Below are positions 9,674 through 19,097 of a stretch of 64,000 nucleotides of DNA, one piece after another. Source of the DNA: an uncultured delta proteobacterium (lineage in GTDB: Bacteria; Myxococcota_A; Polyangia; Palsa-1104); NCBI GenBank assembly GCA_963785725.1, contig CAWAWS010000039.1, positions 320,001 to 384,000 on the forward strand. Direction: 5' to 3'. How positions within the stretch are numbered: the stretch's first letter is position 1; each line of letters opens with the position of its first letter. The notes under the pieces are model-generated. The model did no database searches, was not told the origin of the DNA, and was given only the letters and a program-made list of their open reading frames with translations. The position numbers were made by a program, and so were the translations under genes.

Positions 9674-10219
9674 ATGGTTCGAGCGCTTGCTTGCTTGGCT
9701 GCCGGAGCACTCGCGATCGGGTGCGCGCATGCGCCGCCGAAGGGGCACTTCGACGCGGCGGCCGATCGGGTCTGCGCCGGTCGCGTCTGCTATCGCATGG
9801 GCGCGCTGCCGTCGGGCTGGCGCGTCGTGCAGCTGGAGAGCGCGGCCATCGGCTTCTACAGCGACGATATCGGCGGCGTCATCGCGGCCAACGCCAGCTG
9901 CCGCGACGACGCCGAGGCCACGCCGCTGGAAGCGCTGACGCGGCTGCTGCTCATCGGCTACACCGATCGCAGCTTCAAGGCGCAAACGAAGGTGCCGCTC
10001 GACGACCGCGAGGCGCTGCGCACGCGAGTCGACGCCAAGCTCGACGGCGTTCCCGTGTCGCTCGAGCTGCTCGTCATGAAGCGCAACGGCTGCATCTTCG
10101 ACCTGTCGTATGCCGCGCCGCCCGCGCGTTTCGCCCGCGGCAGCGACGACTTCGCGCGCTTCGTGCACGGCTTCGCCGACGATCGCCAGCAAGCGCGCGC
10201 CGAGCGAGGCGGCTCGTAG
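9674..10219 (+). CDS. Lipoprotein of unknown function heading the Mla/MCE operon
   Basis: Lipobox LAIGC; stop abuts the mlaE start. Confidence 0.65.
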   Translation: MVRALACLAAGALAIGCAHAPPKGHFDAAADRVCAGRVCYRMGALPSGWRVVQLESAAIGFYSDDIGGVIAANASCRDDAEATPLEALTRLLLIGYTDRSFKAQTKVPLDDREALRTRVDAKLDGVPVSLELLVMKRNGCIFDLSYAAPPARFARGSDDFARFVHGFADDRQQARAERGGS

Positions 10220-11083
10220 ATGGCGACCATCACCGCGTCGGCGCCGCCGGCATCGCGCTCGCAGTCCGATCCGGACTCGTCGGCGTCATCGGATTCGTCG
10301 CTGCCCATTCGCGCCGTCGGCTTCATCGGCCGCGGGCTCACCGACGGCGTGCTCGTGCGCCTCGGCCGCTTGTCGCTGATGGTGTCGCGCACGACGACCG
10401 GCCTCTTTCGCCGCTCGGTTCGCCTCGCCGACGTCGTCTACCAAATCCAATCGGTGGGCGTGCGTTCGCTCGGCCTCGTCGTCACGATGGCCGCCTTCGC
10501 CGGCATGGTCCTGGCTTTCCAGTTCGGCTACGGCCTCGAACGCTTCGGCGCCAAGCTCTACATCGGCCAGACCACGGTGACGGCGCTGGTGCGCGAGCTC
10601 GGGCCGGTCATGACCGCGCTCGTCGCCGGCGGCCGCATCGGCGCCGGCATCGCCGCGGAATTGGGCGGCATGGCCGTCACCGAGCAGATCGACGCCGTGC
10701 GCGCGCTCGGCGCCGATCCGCTACAGCGACTAGTGGCTCCGCGGCTCATCGCCGTCACCATCGCCATGCCGCTCTTGGCCGTGTGCGCCGACGTCGTCGG
10801 CACCTTCGGCGGCATGCTCGTCGCGTGGGGCCAATACGGCGTGCCGCCGCGCATGTTCATCAACGGCGTCTACGACTTCGTCACCATCAGCGACTTCGGC
10901 TCCGGCCTCGTCAAAGCGGTCGTCTTCGGCTTCATCGTCGGCGCCATCAGCACGTCCGAAGGCATGCGCGCGCAAGGCGGCACCGAAGGCGTCGGCAAGG
11001 CGACCACGCGCGCGGTCGTGGCCGGCGCGCTCGTCGTCCTCGGCGCCGACTTCCTGCTGACGAAGGTGATGTTGACGCTATGA
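10220..11083 (+). CDS. mlaE: MlaE-type ABC permease
   Basis: RELGPVMTAL, GRIGAGIAAELGGMAVTEQIDA, GGTEGVGKATT. Confidence 0.92.
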   Translation: MATITASAPPASRSQSDPDSSASSDSSLPIRAVGFIGRGLTDGVLVRLGRLSLMVSRTTTGLFRRSVRLADVVYQIQSVGVRSLGLVVTMAAFAGMVLAFQFGYGLERFGAKLYIGQTTVTALVRELGPVMTALVAGGRIGAGIAAELGGMAVTEQIDAVRALGADPLQRLVAPRLIAVTIAMPLLAVCADVVGTFGGMLVAWGQYGVPPRMFINGVYDFVTISDFGSGLVKAVVFGFIVGAISTSEGMRAQGGTEGVGKATTRAVVAGALVVLGADFLLTKVMLTL

Positions 11084-11853
11084 GCGCGCCGGCGAACGAA
11101 AACGAGCCCGTCGTGGAGCTGAAAGAGGTCCGCAAGATCTTCGGCGACAACGTGATCTACCAGTCGCTGAGCTTGACGGTGCGGAAGGGCGAGACGTTCA
11201 CCGTGCTCGGCCCGTCGGGCGTCGGCAAGAGCGTCATGCTGAAGCTGCTCATCGGCCTACATCGTCCCGACGGCGGTCGCGTGATCGTCGGCGGCGAGAC
11301 GGTCAACGACTACGAGGAAGAGCAGTGGCGCGAGGTGCGGCGCAAGGTCGGGATGCTCTTTCAAGGCGCGGCGCTGTTCGACTCGCTCGACGTCGGTGAC
11401 AACGTCGCTTACGGCTTGCGCGAGCACTACAAGTGGCCGGAAGAGAAAGTGCGCGCGCGCGTCGCCGAGTGCTTGAAGTCGGTGGGTTTGCCCGACGTCG
11501 AGCGGATGCGGCCGAGCGATCTGTCGGGCGGCATGCGCAAGCGCGTCGGCCTGGCGCGCGCGCTGGCGCCCGGCCCCGAAGTCATCCTCTACGACGAGCC
11601 GACGACCGGGCTCGATCCGACGAACACGCGGCGCATCAACGAGCTCATCGTCTCGCTGCAGGAGCAGCTGGGCGTGACGTCGATCGTCATCACGCACGAC
11701 ATGGCGTCGGCGCTGGCGGTGTCCGATCGCATCGCGCTGCTCGAGGGCGGCAAAATTACGCTGACCGTCGACGCCAAGGAGGCCGAGCGCGATCCGCCCG
11801 AGCGGCTGTCGAAGTTCATGCACGGAGAAGGCGAAGATGAACAAAGACCGTAA
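11080..11853 (+). CDS. mlaF: MlaF-type ABC ATPase
   Basis: GPSGVGKS, FQGAALFDSL, LSGGMRKRVGLARAL, YDEPTTGLDP; ATGA overlap with mlaE. Confidence 0.92.
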   Translation: MSAPANENEPVVELKEVRKIFGDNVIYQSLSLTVRKGETFTVLGPSGVGKSVMLKLLIGLHRPDGGRVIVGGETVNDYEEEQWREVRRKVGMLFQGAALFDSLDVGDNVAYGLREHYKWPEEKVRARVAECLKSVGLPDVERMRPSDLSGGMRKRVGLARALAPGPEVILYDEPTTGLDPTNTRRINELIVSLQEQLGVTSIVITHDMASALAVSDRIALLEGGKITLTVDAKEAERDPPERLSKFMHGEGEDEQRP

Positions 11854-12935
11854 ATTAGAGGTCAAAGTCGGTGGGTTCGTGCTCGGGCTCGTCGCCTTGG
11901 GCATCGTCGCCGTGCTCTTGCTCGGCCGGTCGAAGCACGTGTTCGAGTCGCGCGTGCGGCTGCACGCGACGTTCGGCGACGTCGCCGGCCTCGTGCAAGG
12001 CGCGCCCGTGCGCGTCTCGGGCGTCAACGTCGGCACGGTCGCGCAGATCATGTTCGTGCACGCCGATCCGCGGCCGGAGATTCGCGTCGACATGCAGATT
12101 TCGCAGTCGGCGCTAGGGCTCATTCGCGCCGATTCGGTGGCGACGATCTCGGCGCAAGGTCTGCTCGGCGACAAGATCGTCGAGATCCAAGCGGGCACCA
12201 ACGCGTCGCCGCAGGTGGCCGACGGCGGCAACGTCAAGACCGGCAGCGGGCCCGACTTCGACAAGATGATGAAGCAGGCGGCGGCGACGCTCGACGACGT
12301 CAAGCACGTGGCCGATCGCGCGGCGGAGACCGTCGATACGATCTCTGGATCCGAAGACCGTGAACATGATTCGCGAGTCGATGGAGCACATTCACGGCCT
12401 CTTGCACGCGACCGACAAGGGCGACGGCCTGGCGCACGCGCTGTTCTACGATCGCAAGACCGCCGACGAGCTGCAGCGCATCGAGGGCAACTTGACGCGG
12501 CTGTCGCAGCACGTCGACGAGAGCGTGCAGCACATCAACACCGTGCTCGGCTCCATCGACGGCGACGGGCGCAACGTCCTCAACAACGTCTCGCGCGCCG
12601 CCAAGAGCATCGGTGACACGGCCGATTCGGTACAGAAATCGAAGATCGTGGCCAACCTCGATCATGCCTCGGGCGACTTGGCGCAGATGGCGGCGTACAT
12701 GAAGACCGGGCAAGGGACGATGGGCTCGCTCATCATGGATCCGACGGTCTACGAGCAGCTCGTGCAGGTGCTGGGCGGCGTCGGTCGCTCGCGCGTGCTG
12801 CGCGCGCTCGTGCGTTATGCCATCTCGCGCGACGGCGAGCAGGGCGTGGCGCGCGTCGTCGACGCCGACAACGTGCCGGCGCTCAAGACGCCGAAGTCGG
12901 CGAAGGCGCCGCAGCCGCGGCCGATCTCGCAGTAA
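11837..12935 (+). CDS. mlaD: MlaD/MCE protein with long helical C-terminus; one frameshift near 12345
   Basis: N-terminal TM, GLVQGAPVRVSGVNVG, GLLGDK; removing one base joins it to the 12360-12935 ORF (GQGTMGSLIMDPTVY). Confidence 0.85.
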
Positions 12936-12944
12936 CATACGCGG

Positions 12945-13397
12945 GTGCGAAAAGCGCTCGTGCTCCTACTCTCGCTGGCGATTGCGCCGGCCCTGGTCTC
13001 GGCCGATCCCATCATCGGCGACGCGGCGCCGGCGCTGGCGGACGCGGCGCTCGGCAAAGGCGTCGTGGTCGTCGACTTCTACGCGACCTGGTGCGGGCCG
13101 TGCCAGCTGGCGATGGCGGCGCTCGACGACATCGTCAAGCGCCGCGGCGCGCAGCTCGTGGTCGTCGACGTGGGCGAGCCGGCCGAGCGCGTGCAGGCGT
13201 TCGTGGCCGCGCATCCGCTGCCGGCGGGCGCGCGGCTGGTGCTCGATCCCGACGGCGACGCCGCGCACCGCTGGGGCCAACACCGCTTTCCCACGACCTT
13301 CGTGCTCGGCGACGGCGTCATTCGACATATCAATCGTGGTTATGGCCCGGGCTACGCCCATCGATTGGATCAATGGGTCCTGGCCACGTCGCGATGA
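12945..13397 (+). CDS. TlpA-like thioredoxin (exported)
   Basis: Signal peptide; VDFYATWCGPC; FPTTFV. Confidence 0.85.
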   Translation: MRKALVLLLSLAIAPALVSADPIIGDAAPALADAALGKGVVVVDFYATWCGPCQLAMAALDDIVKRRGAQLVVVDVGEPAERVQAFVAAHPLPAGARLVLDPDGDAAHRWGQHRFPTTFVLGDGVIRHINRGYGPGYAHRLDQWVLATSR

Positions 13398-13442
13398 GCT
13401 GAAAACGGCGACGAGCCGCTACCGGGCGAATCTGTAGCGCGA

Positions 13443-13724
13443 CTAGGGTTTGAGCGCGGCGGCGAGCTGCGACTGCATGGCGATGGCGGCGGCGTCGGCG
13501 TTCCCGAACGCCACGACGGCGACGGCGCCGTTCGGCTGCCGCTTGAGCGCGAACGTGCCCGCCGGCGTCTTCAGCCGCACGTCGCTCCACGCCGCCGGCG
13601 CCGCGTTGGGCAGGACCAGCTGACCGTCGACCATGACGATCGTCGACGGCGCACCCGCCGCCCGCAGCCGCGCGAGCAGCTCCGTCAGCGTCACCGCGCC
13701 GTCGACGATCTCCTGCCGGCCCAT
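13443..13724 (-). CDS. Hypothetical protein
   Basis: Fills the gap directly downstream of the SDR; plausible composition. Confidence 0.5.
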   Translation of the reverse strand: MGRQEIVDGAVTLTELLARLRAAGAPSTIVMVDGQLVLPNAAPAAWSDVRLKTPAGTFALKRQPNGAVAVVAFGNADAAAIAMQSQLAAALKP

Positions 13725-13726
13725 GG

Positions 13727-14497
13727 TTACTTGGGCGCCATCCGCAGCGCGCCGTCGAGACGCACGACTTCGCCGTTCAAGTAGCGATTGGCGACCATGT
13801 GCTCGACGAGCGCCGCGTAATCGTCGGGCGAGCCGAGCCGCTTCGGGAACGGAATGCCCGCCGCCAGCGCCTGCCGCGCCGCTTCCGGCAGCTGCGCCAG
13901 CATCGGCGTGTCCATCGTGCCGGGCGCGATCGTGAGCACGCGGATGCCGACGGCCGACAGATCGCGCGCGATCGGCAGCGTCATGCCGACGACGCCGCCC
14001 TTCGACGCCGAGTAGGCCGCTTGGCCGATCTGACCATCGAACGCCGCCACCGACGCGGTGTTGACGATGACGCCGCGCTCGCCGTCTTCCTGCGCCGGCT
14101 GCTTGGCCATGCCGGCGGCCGCGAGGCGCGTGACGTTGAACGTGCCGACGAGGTTGATGCCGATGACGGTCTTGAACAGGTCGAGGTCGTGCGCGACGCC
14201 CTCTTTGTTCAGCGTGCGCGCCGCCCAGCCGACGCCGGCACAGCTGACGGCGATGCGCAGACCGCCCATCTCGTTGGCCGCGTCGACGGCCGCTTGCACT
14301 TCTTCCGCCGACGTCACGTCGGTCTTGACGAAGCGCGCGCGATCGCCGCCCAGCTCGTTCGCCAACGCCGGACCGCGCTTCTCGTCGCGGTCGACGATGA
14401 CCACGCGTGCGCCGCCCGCCGCCAGCCGCCGCACCGTCGCTTCACCCAAGCCCGACGCGCCGCCAGTCACCAGGGCTACCGATCCTTGCAATTTCAT
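13727..14497 (-). CDS. SDR, type II 3-hydroxyacyl-CoA dehydrogenase-like
   Basis: [47 protein letters not shown]. Confidence 0.9.
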   Translation of the reverse strand: MKLQGSVALVTGGASGLGEATVRRLAAGGARVVIVDRDEKRGPALANELGGDRARFVKTDVTSAEEVQAAVDAANEMGGLRIAVSCAGVGWAARTLNKEGVAHDLDLFKTVIGINLVGTFNVTRLAAAGMAKQPAQEDGERGVIVNTASVAAFDGQIGQAAYSASKGGVVGMTLPIARDLSAVGIRVLTIAPGTMDTPMLAQLPEAARQALAAGIPFPKRLGSPDDYAALVEHMVANRYLNGEVVRLDGALRMAPK

Positions 14498-14533
14498 ACC
14501 GCCTCCTATTCGCGCATGCATAGCACATGGGGC

Positions 14534-14549
14534 TGGCCCGCGGCTTGCT
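14534..14549 (+). promoter_or_regulatory. Candidate sigma54 promoter
   Basis: TGGCCC-GCGGC-TTGCT, GG-N10-GC, about 14 nt before ATG 14563. Confidence 0.55.
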
Positions 14550-14562
14550 CTCCGTCCGCGTC

Positions 14563-14730
14563 ATGCGCAGCGTCATCGTCATCGCCGTTCTCCTCTGCGT
14601 GTCGTCGGTAGCCGGGGCGCGTCCCAAGCGCACCCATCACGCCGCGCCCGCCGTCGCGCGCGGCCCGCATCGCCTCGGCGAGCCGGCGCCCATGCCGGTC
14701 CACGCCCGCCACAGCCATCACAATCACTAG
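14563..14730 (+). CDS. Small secreted His-rich protein (55 aa)
   Basis: Signal peptide MRSVIVIAVLLCVSSVAGA, then RPKRTHH...HARHSHHNH. Confidence 0.55.
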   Translation: MRSVIVIAVLLCVSSVAGARPKRTHHAAPAVARGPHRLGEPAPMPVHARHSHHNH

Positions 14731-14828
14731 AACGCAACGTCCTAGCGCCGCCTGCAGTTACGCACGCTGCCGGTCGTGCTAGTGTCCGGTCGCCAAATTC
14801 GTCGCCCGCGCGTGGCGATCGGCAAAAG

Positions 14829-15206
14829 ATGTGGATTTCCAACGAACAAGCCAGGCTGGGCCGGAACGCCGGAGTGGACGCCGTGATCCGCCGCTTGCAG
14901 GCCTATCAGCCGACGTTCGAGGACGACGATCCGGCCGTTTTCATCCTCGCGCCTGAGGTTGCCCGCCCCATCCCGGCTGGGGACACGCGCCGCGGCACCG
15001 CCTGGCTGTTTCGTTCGCGGGCGGCGGCGGCGGCGTTCGGCGACTGGATTCACGAGCGCCACGGCGTAGAGACCATCCCGGTGCTGGTGCGGCTGCGGCA
15101 GCTGGCGCACGCCTTGGCCGAGCGCGATTTGACGTGGGTGCTCGATCCCGAGCCGCGCGAAGGCCACGGCGATCCGGTGAGCTTCAAGGCGCCGCTGGAA
15201 AATTGA
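14829..15206 (+). CDS. Hypothetical protein (125 aa)
   Basis: MWISNEQARLG...SFKAPLEN; protein-like composition in an otherwise empty gap. Confidence 0.55.
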   Translation: MWISNEQARLGRNAGVDAVIRRLQAYQPTFEDDDPAVFILAPEVARPIPAGDTRRGTAWLFRSRAAAAAFGDWIHERHGVETIPVLVRLRQLAHALAERDLTWVLDPEPREGHGDPVSFKAPLEN

Positions 15207-15277
15207 GCGCCGCTGCATCTAAGACGGCGAATGCCATGACCGACGACGAGCGATGCCGACGGCGCGCGGGAGAATGG

Positions 15278-16188
15278 ATGACGATCGAAGCAGGCAAGAC
15301 GCGCATCGGCTGGATCGGCACCGGCGTCATGGGCGCCTCGATGTGCGGCCACTTACTGGCGCGCGGCTTTGGCGTGACCGTCTTTTCGCGCACGCGGGAC
15401 AAGGCCGCGCCGCTCGTCGCGCGCGGCGCCGTCTGGGCCGACTCGGCGCGCGCCGTCGCCGACGCCAGCGACGTCGTGTGCACGATGGTCGGCTTCCCGG
15501 CCGACGTGCGCGCGCTGCTACTTGGGCGACGGCGGCTTGGCCACGGCCGCGCGCGCCGGCCAGATCTTGGTCGACCTCTCGACGTCGCAGCCGGGCTTGG
15601 CGCGCGACATCGCGACGGCGGCGGCGGCGCGCGGTGCGCGTGGCGCTCGACGCGCCGGTGTCCGGCGGCGACGTCGGCGCGCGCGAGGCGCGGCTGTCGA
15701 TCATGGTCGGCGGCGACGAAGCCGCGTTCACCGCGCTCGAGCCGCTGTGGTCGGCGATGGGCAAGACGTTCGTGCGGCAAGGCGACGCCGGCGCCGGCCA
15801 GCATACGAAGATGGTCAACCAGATCTTGATCGCGTCGGGCATGATCGGCGTCTGCGAGGCGCTGCTTTATGCGCACAAAGCGGGCCTCGAGGCCGAGCGC
15901 GTCTTGCAGTCGGTGGCGTCGGGCGCGGCCGGCTCGTGGTCGCTGACGAACTACGGGCCGCGCATCTTGGCGGGCAACTTCGAGCCTGGCTTCTTCGTCG
16001 AGCACTTCGTCAAGGACATGGCGATCGCGCTGGAAGAGGCGCGGCGCATGCAGCTCGTGCTGCCGGGCTTGGCGCTGGCCGAGCAGCTCTATCATTCGGT
16101 GCAAGCGCTCGGTTTCGGTCGCAAAGGCACGCAGGCGCTGCAGCTGGCGCTGGCGGCGATGTCCGGCGTCGACTGGGCGCGGCGATGA
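15278..16188 (+). CDS. 3-hydroxyisobutyrate/tartronate semialdehyde reductase family dehydrogenase; frameshifts near 15518 and 15639
   Basis: [38 protein letters not shown] spread over three consecutive frames. Confidence 0.85.
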
Positions 16189-17152
16189 CCTTCGTCGCGC
16201 CGCGCTGGCTCGCAGGACGACACGCGCAGACGGTGTTCGCGGCCTTGGTGCGGCTGCCGATCAAGCTGCAGCTCGTGCGTGAACGCTGGGAGTTGCCCGA
16301 CGGCGACTTCCTCGACGTCGATCGCTTGGCGGCGCCGACGCCCGATTCGCCCATCGTCGTCGTCTGCCACGGCCTCGAGGGCAGCTCGAAAGCCGGTTAT
16401 GTGCGCGGCCTTCTGCGCGAGCTCGAGCGGCACGGCTTGGGCGCGGTGGCGATCAACTTTCGCGGCTGCTCGGGCGAGCTCAATCGGCTTGCCGCGCTTT
16501 TATCACTCGGGCGAGACCGGCGATTTGGCGTTCGTCATCGACAAATTGCGCGCCGAGCGGCCGGGTCGCGCGCATCGGCCTGGCCGGCTTCTCGCTCGGC
16601 GGCAACGTCGTCACGAAGTATCTCGGCGAGCGCGGCGACGACGTCGCGCCCGAAGTCGTCGCCGGCGCGGTGGTGTCGGTGCCGTTCGATCTGGCGCAGT
16701 GCTGCACCGCCCTCGACGGTCCGGGCGTGATGGCGTGGGTCTATCGTCAGCGCTTCTTGAAGCGGCTGCGGGCGAAGGTCGCGGCCAAAGCGCAGAAGGT
16801 GGCCGGCGTCGACGTCGCGGCCGCCGACGGCGCGCGCAATCTGCGCGACTTCGACGACCGCGTCACGGCGCCGCTGCACGGCTTTACCGACGCCGCGGAT
16901 TACTACACGCGCTCGAGCTCGGGACCGCTCTTGCCCGACGTGAAGCGGCCGCTCTACATCGTCGCCGCCGATGACGATCCGTTCATTCCCTCGGCGGCGA
17001 TTCCGCGCGCGGCGGCGGCGGCGAATCCGCTGGTGACGCTCGACGTGTTCGCGGGCGGCGGGCATGTCGCCTTCGTGCACGGCCCGCCCTGGTCGCCGAT
17101 TCGCTTCGCCGAACGCCGCGTCGCCGACTTCCTCGCCGACCAGCTCCGCTAA
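16185..17152 (+). CDS. YheT-like alpha/beta hydrolase; frameshifts near 16488 and 16573
   Basis: [48 protein letters not shown]. Confidence 0.85.
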
Positions 17153-17403
17153 CGCAGGCCATTCGCGCTCGACCTTACGTCGCGCCGGCACGGCCGCGCG
17201 CGATCGTGGCGTCGCCGTGCGATCGCCACAAGCGGGCGCGATCGTGAATGGTCACGCGGTTTTCGTCGCTGGCGCTGGTTTGGCGGACGTCGAGCGATCG
17301 TTCACTTCAGGAACGTTCGTGACGATGGAGACTGACGAGGCCGCGCGCGAATAAGGGTCTGCGGCGTCGGTGCATCGGGCCGCGTGTGGCGGCCCGATTC
17401 GAG

Positions 17404-18249
17404 CTACTTCGCGGCCGGGGCGGTCTTCGCGCCCGACGGCGGCGGCAAGTGCATGCCACCCGGCGGCGCCAAGCGCATGCCCGACGGCGGCACGCCGAAA
17501 TGCGCGCCCGGCGCCATATGCATGCCCGACGGCGGGACCAGGCCCGGCACCGGCGTCTGCGCCTTGACGATGTCGACGAGCTCGACCTCGAACACGAGCG
17601 TCGCGCCGCCCGGAATCGTCGGCGGACGGCCCTGGTCGCCGTAGGCGATGTTCGACGGGCACACGAGGCGCGCCTTCTCGCCGACCTTCATCTTCTGCAG
17701 ACCTTCGGTCCAGCAGGGGATGACGTTGTGCAACGGGAACGTGGCCGGCTCGTTACGCTTGTACGAGCTGTCGAATTCGGTGCCGTTGGTGAGCGTGCCG
17801 CGGTAGTTGACCTTGACGGTGTCGGTGTCCTTCGGCTGCGCGCCGGTGCCCGGCGTGAGCGACTTGTAGACCGCGCCCGACGTCAAGCGCTCGGCGCCCG
17901 CTTCCTGCGCCGCCTTGTCGGCGAACTCCTGGCCCTTCTTCTTCTCGTCCGTCGCCTTCGCTTCCGAGCGCTTGCGACCGAATTGATTGACCTTCGGGCC
18001 GTACACTTCCAGCTCGACCTGGGGCTTCTTCGCCAGCGCCGCGTCGCTGATGCCGGCCTTGACCGTCTCGAGCTCTGCCGGCGACAAGTTGAAGTTGGCG
18101 ACGTTTCGCCCAATGATCAGGCCGAGCGCGTACAGCGTCTTCTGGTCGTCGCTGTCGAGCTTGACCGATCCGCCGCCGCCGCCGCTCATTTTGTTACAAG
18201 CCGGGAGCGCGAGCGTCAGCAGACCCAAGAACAGTGCTGGTTTCATCAT
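17404..18249 (-). CDS. FKBP-type peptidyl-prolyl isomerase lipoprotein (FkpA/Mip-like)
   Basis: Lipobox LPAC; YALG, VNYRGTL, FDSS, VIPCWTEGL, AYG, LVFEVEL. Confidence 0.92.
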   Translation of the reverse strand: MMKPALFLGLLTLALPACNKMSGGGGGSVKLDSDDQKTLYALGLIIGRNVANFNLSPAELETVKAGISDAALAKKPQVELEVYGPKVNQFGRKRSEAKATDEKKKGQEFADKAAQEAGAERLTSGAVYKSLTPGTGAQPKDTDTVKVNYRGTLTNGTEFDSSYKRNEPATFPLHNVIPCWTEGLQKMKVGEKARLVCPSNIAYGDQGRPPTIPGGATLVFEVELVDIVKAQTPVPGLVPPSGMHMAPGAHFGVPPSGMRLAPPGGMHLPPPSGAKTAPAAK

Positions 18250-18300
18250 GGCGACCGTCCTATCATCTTTCGCGCCGCGATGCACTCCCGCCGCTGACAG

Positions 18301-18909
18301 ATGTTGATCGAGATCAACGCGCTGTATCCCGAGCCGCGTAAGGTTCGTCGCGCGGTCGAAGCGCTGGAAGCCGGCGAGATCATCGGCTATCCGACCGATA
18401 CGGTGTACGCGCTCGGTTGCGACCTCACGAACAAAAAGGCGATCGATCGGCTCTATCAGGTCAAAGGCATGGCGAAAAATCAGCCGCTGGCCTTCATTTG
18501 CCCCGATCTGGCGGATCTGTCGAAGTATGCCGTCGTCGACACGCACGCCTATCGCATCATGCGGCGGGTCTTGCCGGGCGCGTATACGTTCATTCTGCCG
18601 GCGACGCGCGAAGTGCCCAAGATCCTGCATACGTCCGACAAGCGGACCGTCGGCATTCGCGTGCCCGATTCGGCGATCATCACGGCCATCGCGCGCGAGC
18701 TCGGTCGGCCGGTCATCTCGACGAGCGCGCATCCGTCCGGCGGCGAGCAGCTCATCGACGCGCGCGATCTGGTCCCGACGTTCAAAGGGCTGGCGCTCGT
18801 CCTCGACGGCGGACTGTGCGGCAGCGAGCCGACCACCGTCGTCGACCTCTCGCAAGGCTTCGTCGACGTCGTGCGCGAAGGCGCCGGCTCCGTCGAGAAA
18901 CTAGGCTGA
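18301..18909 (+). CDS. YrdC/Sua5 family protein (YciO-like)
   Basis: YPTDTVYALGC, PGAYTFIL, VGIRVP, STSA, TTVVD. Confidence 0.88.
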   Translation: MLIEINALYPEPRKVRRAVEALEAGEIIGYPTDTVYALGCDLTNKKAIDRLYQVKGMAKNQPLAFICPDLADLSKYAVVDTHAYRIMRRVLPGAYTFILPATREVPKILHTSDKRTVGIRVPDSAIITAIARELGRPVISTSAHPSGGEQLIDARDLVPTFKGLALVLDGGLCGSEPTTVVDLSQGFVDVVREGAGSVEKLG

Positions 18910-18946
18910 CGTCGTCATCGCGCCTCGATTCGTGACCAAAAAACCT

Positions 18947-19097
18947 GCCGTAAAATCGCAGCAAACCGTCGCTCGCGGCTCAAGTGCTAGGCGGAGCGAG
19001 CACCGGAGCGGAGCAGCCTCTGAGGCTGTGAGCACCGGAGCGCAGCGACAACGACGCAATTGGGCCGCTCGCGGCGGTTTGCCCGATTTTAGCCGGC
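18947..19097. repeat. About 150-bp element with imperfect terminal inverted repeats (MITE/REP-like)
   Basis: Left arm GCCGTAAAATCGCAGCAAACCGTCGCTCGCGGCTCAA pairs with right arm TTGGGCCGCTCGCGGCGGTTTGCCCGATTTTAGCCGGC; internal direct repeat GAGCACCGGAGCG twice flanks the hairpin CAGCCTC-T-GAGGCTG. Confidence 0.6.

Noticed and set aside
9691..11853. 720-aa ORF as one fused ATPase (similarly 22272, 39475, 46066-48765 and 53351-55519 extensions)
   Set aside because: Upstream portions overlap real genes in other frames; true starts are internal
15278..17152. Pseudogenes or programmed frameshifting in the dehydrogenase and hydrolase
   Set aside because: No slippery sequences or decay; same single-insertion pattern as elsewhere, so likely read errors
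17153..17403. 250-bp convergent gap with several CGATCG and one GATCGTTCA operator-like 9-mer
   Set aside because: Single copy, no downstream gene start and no convincing ORF or RNA structure
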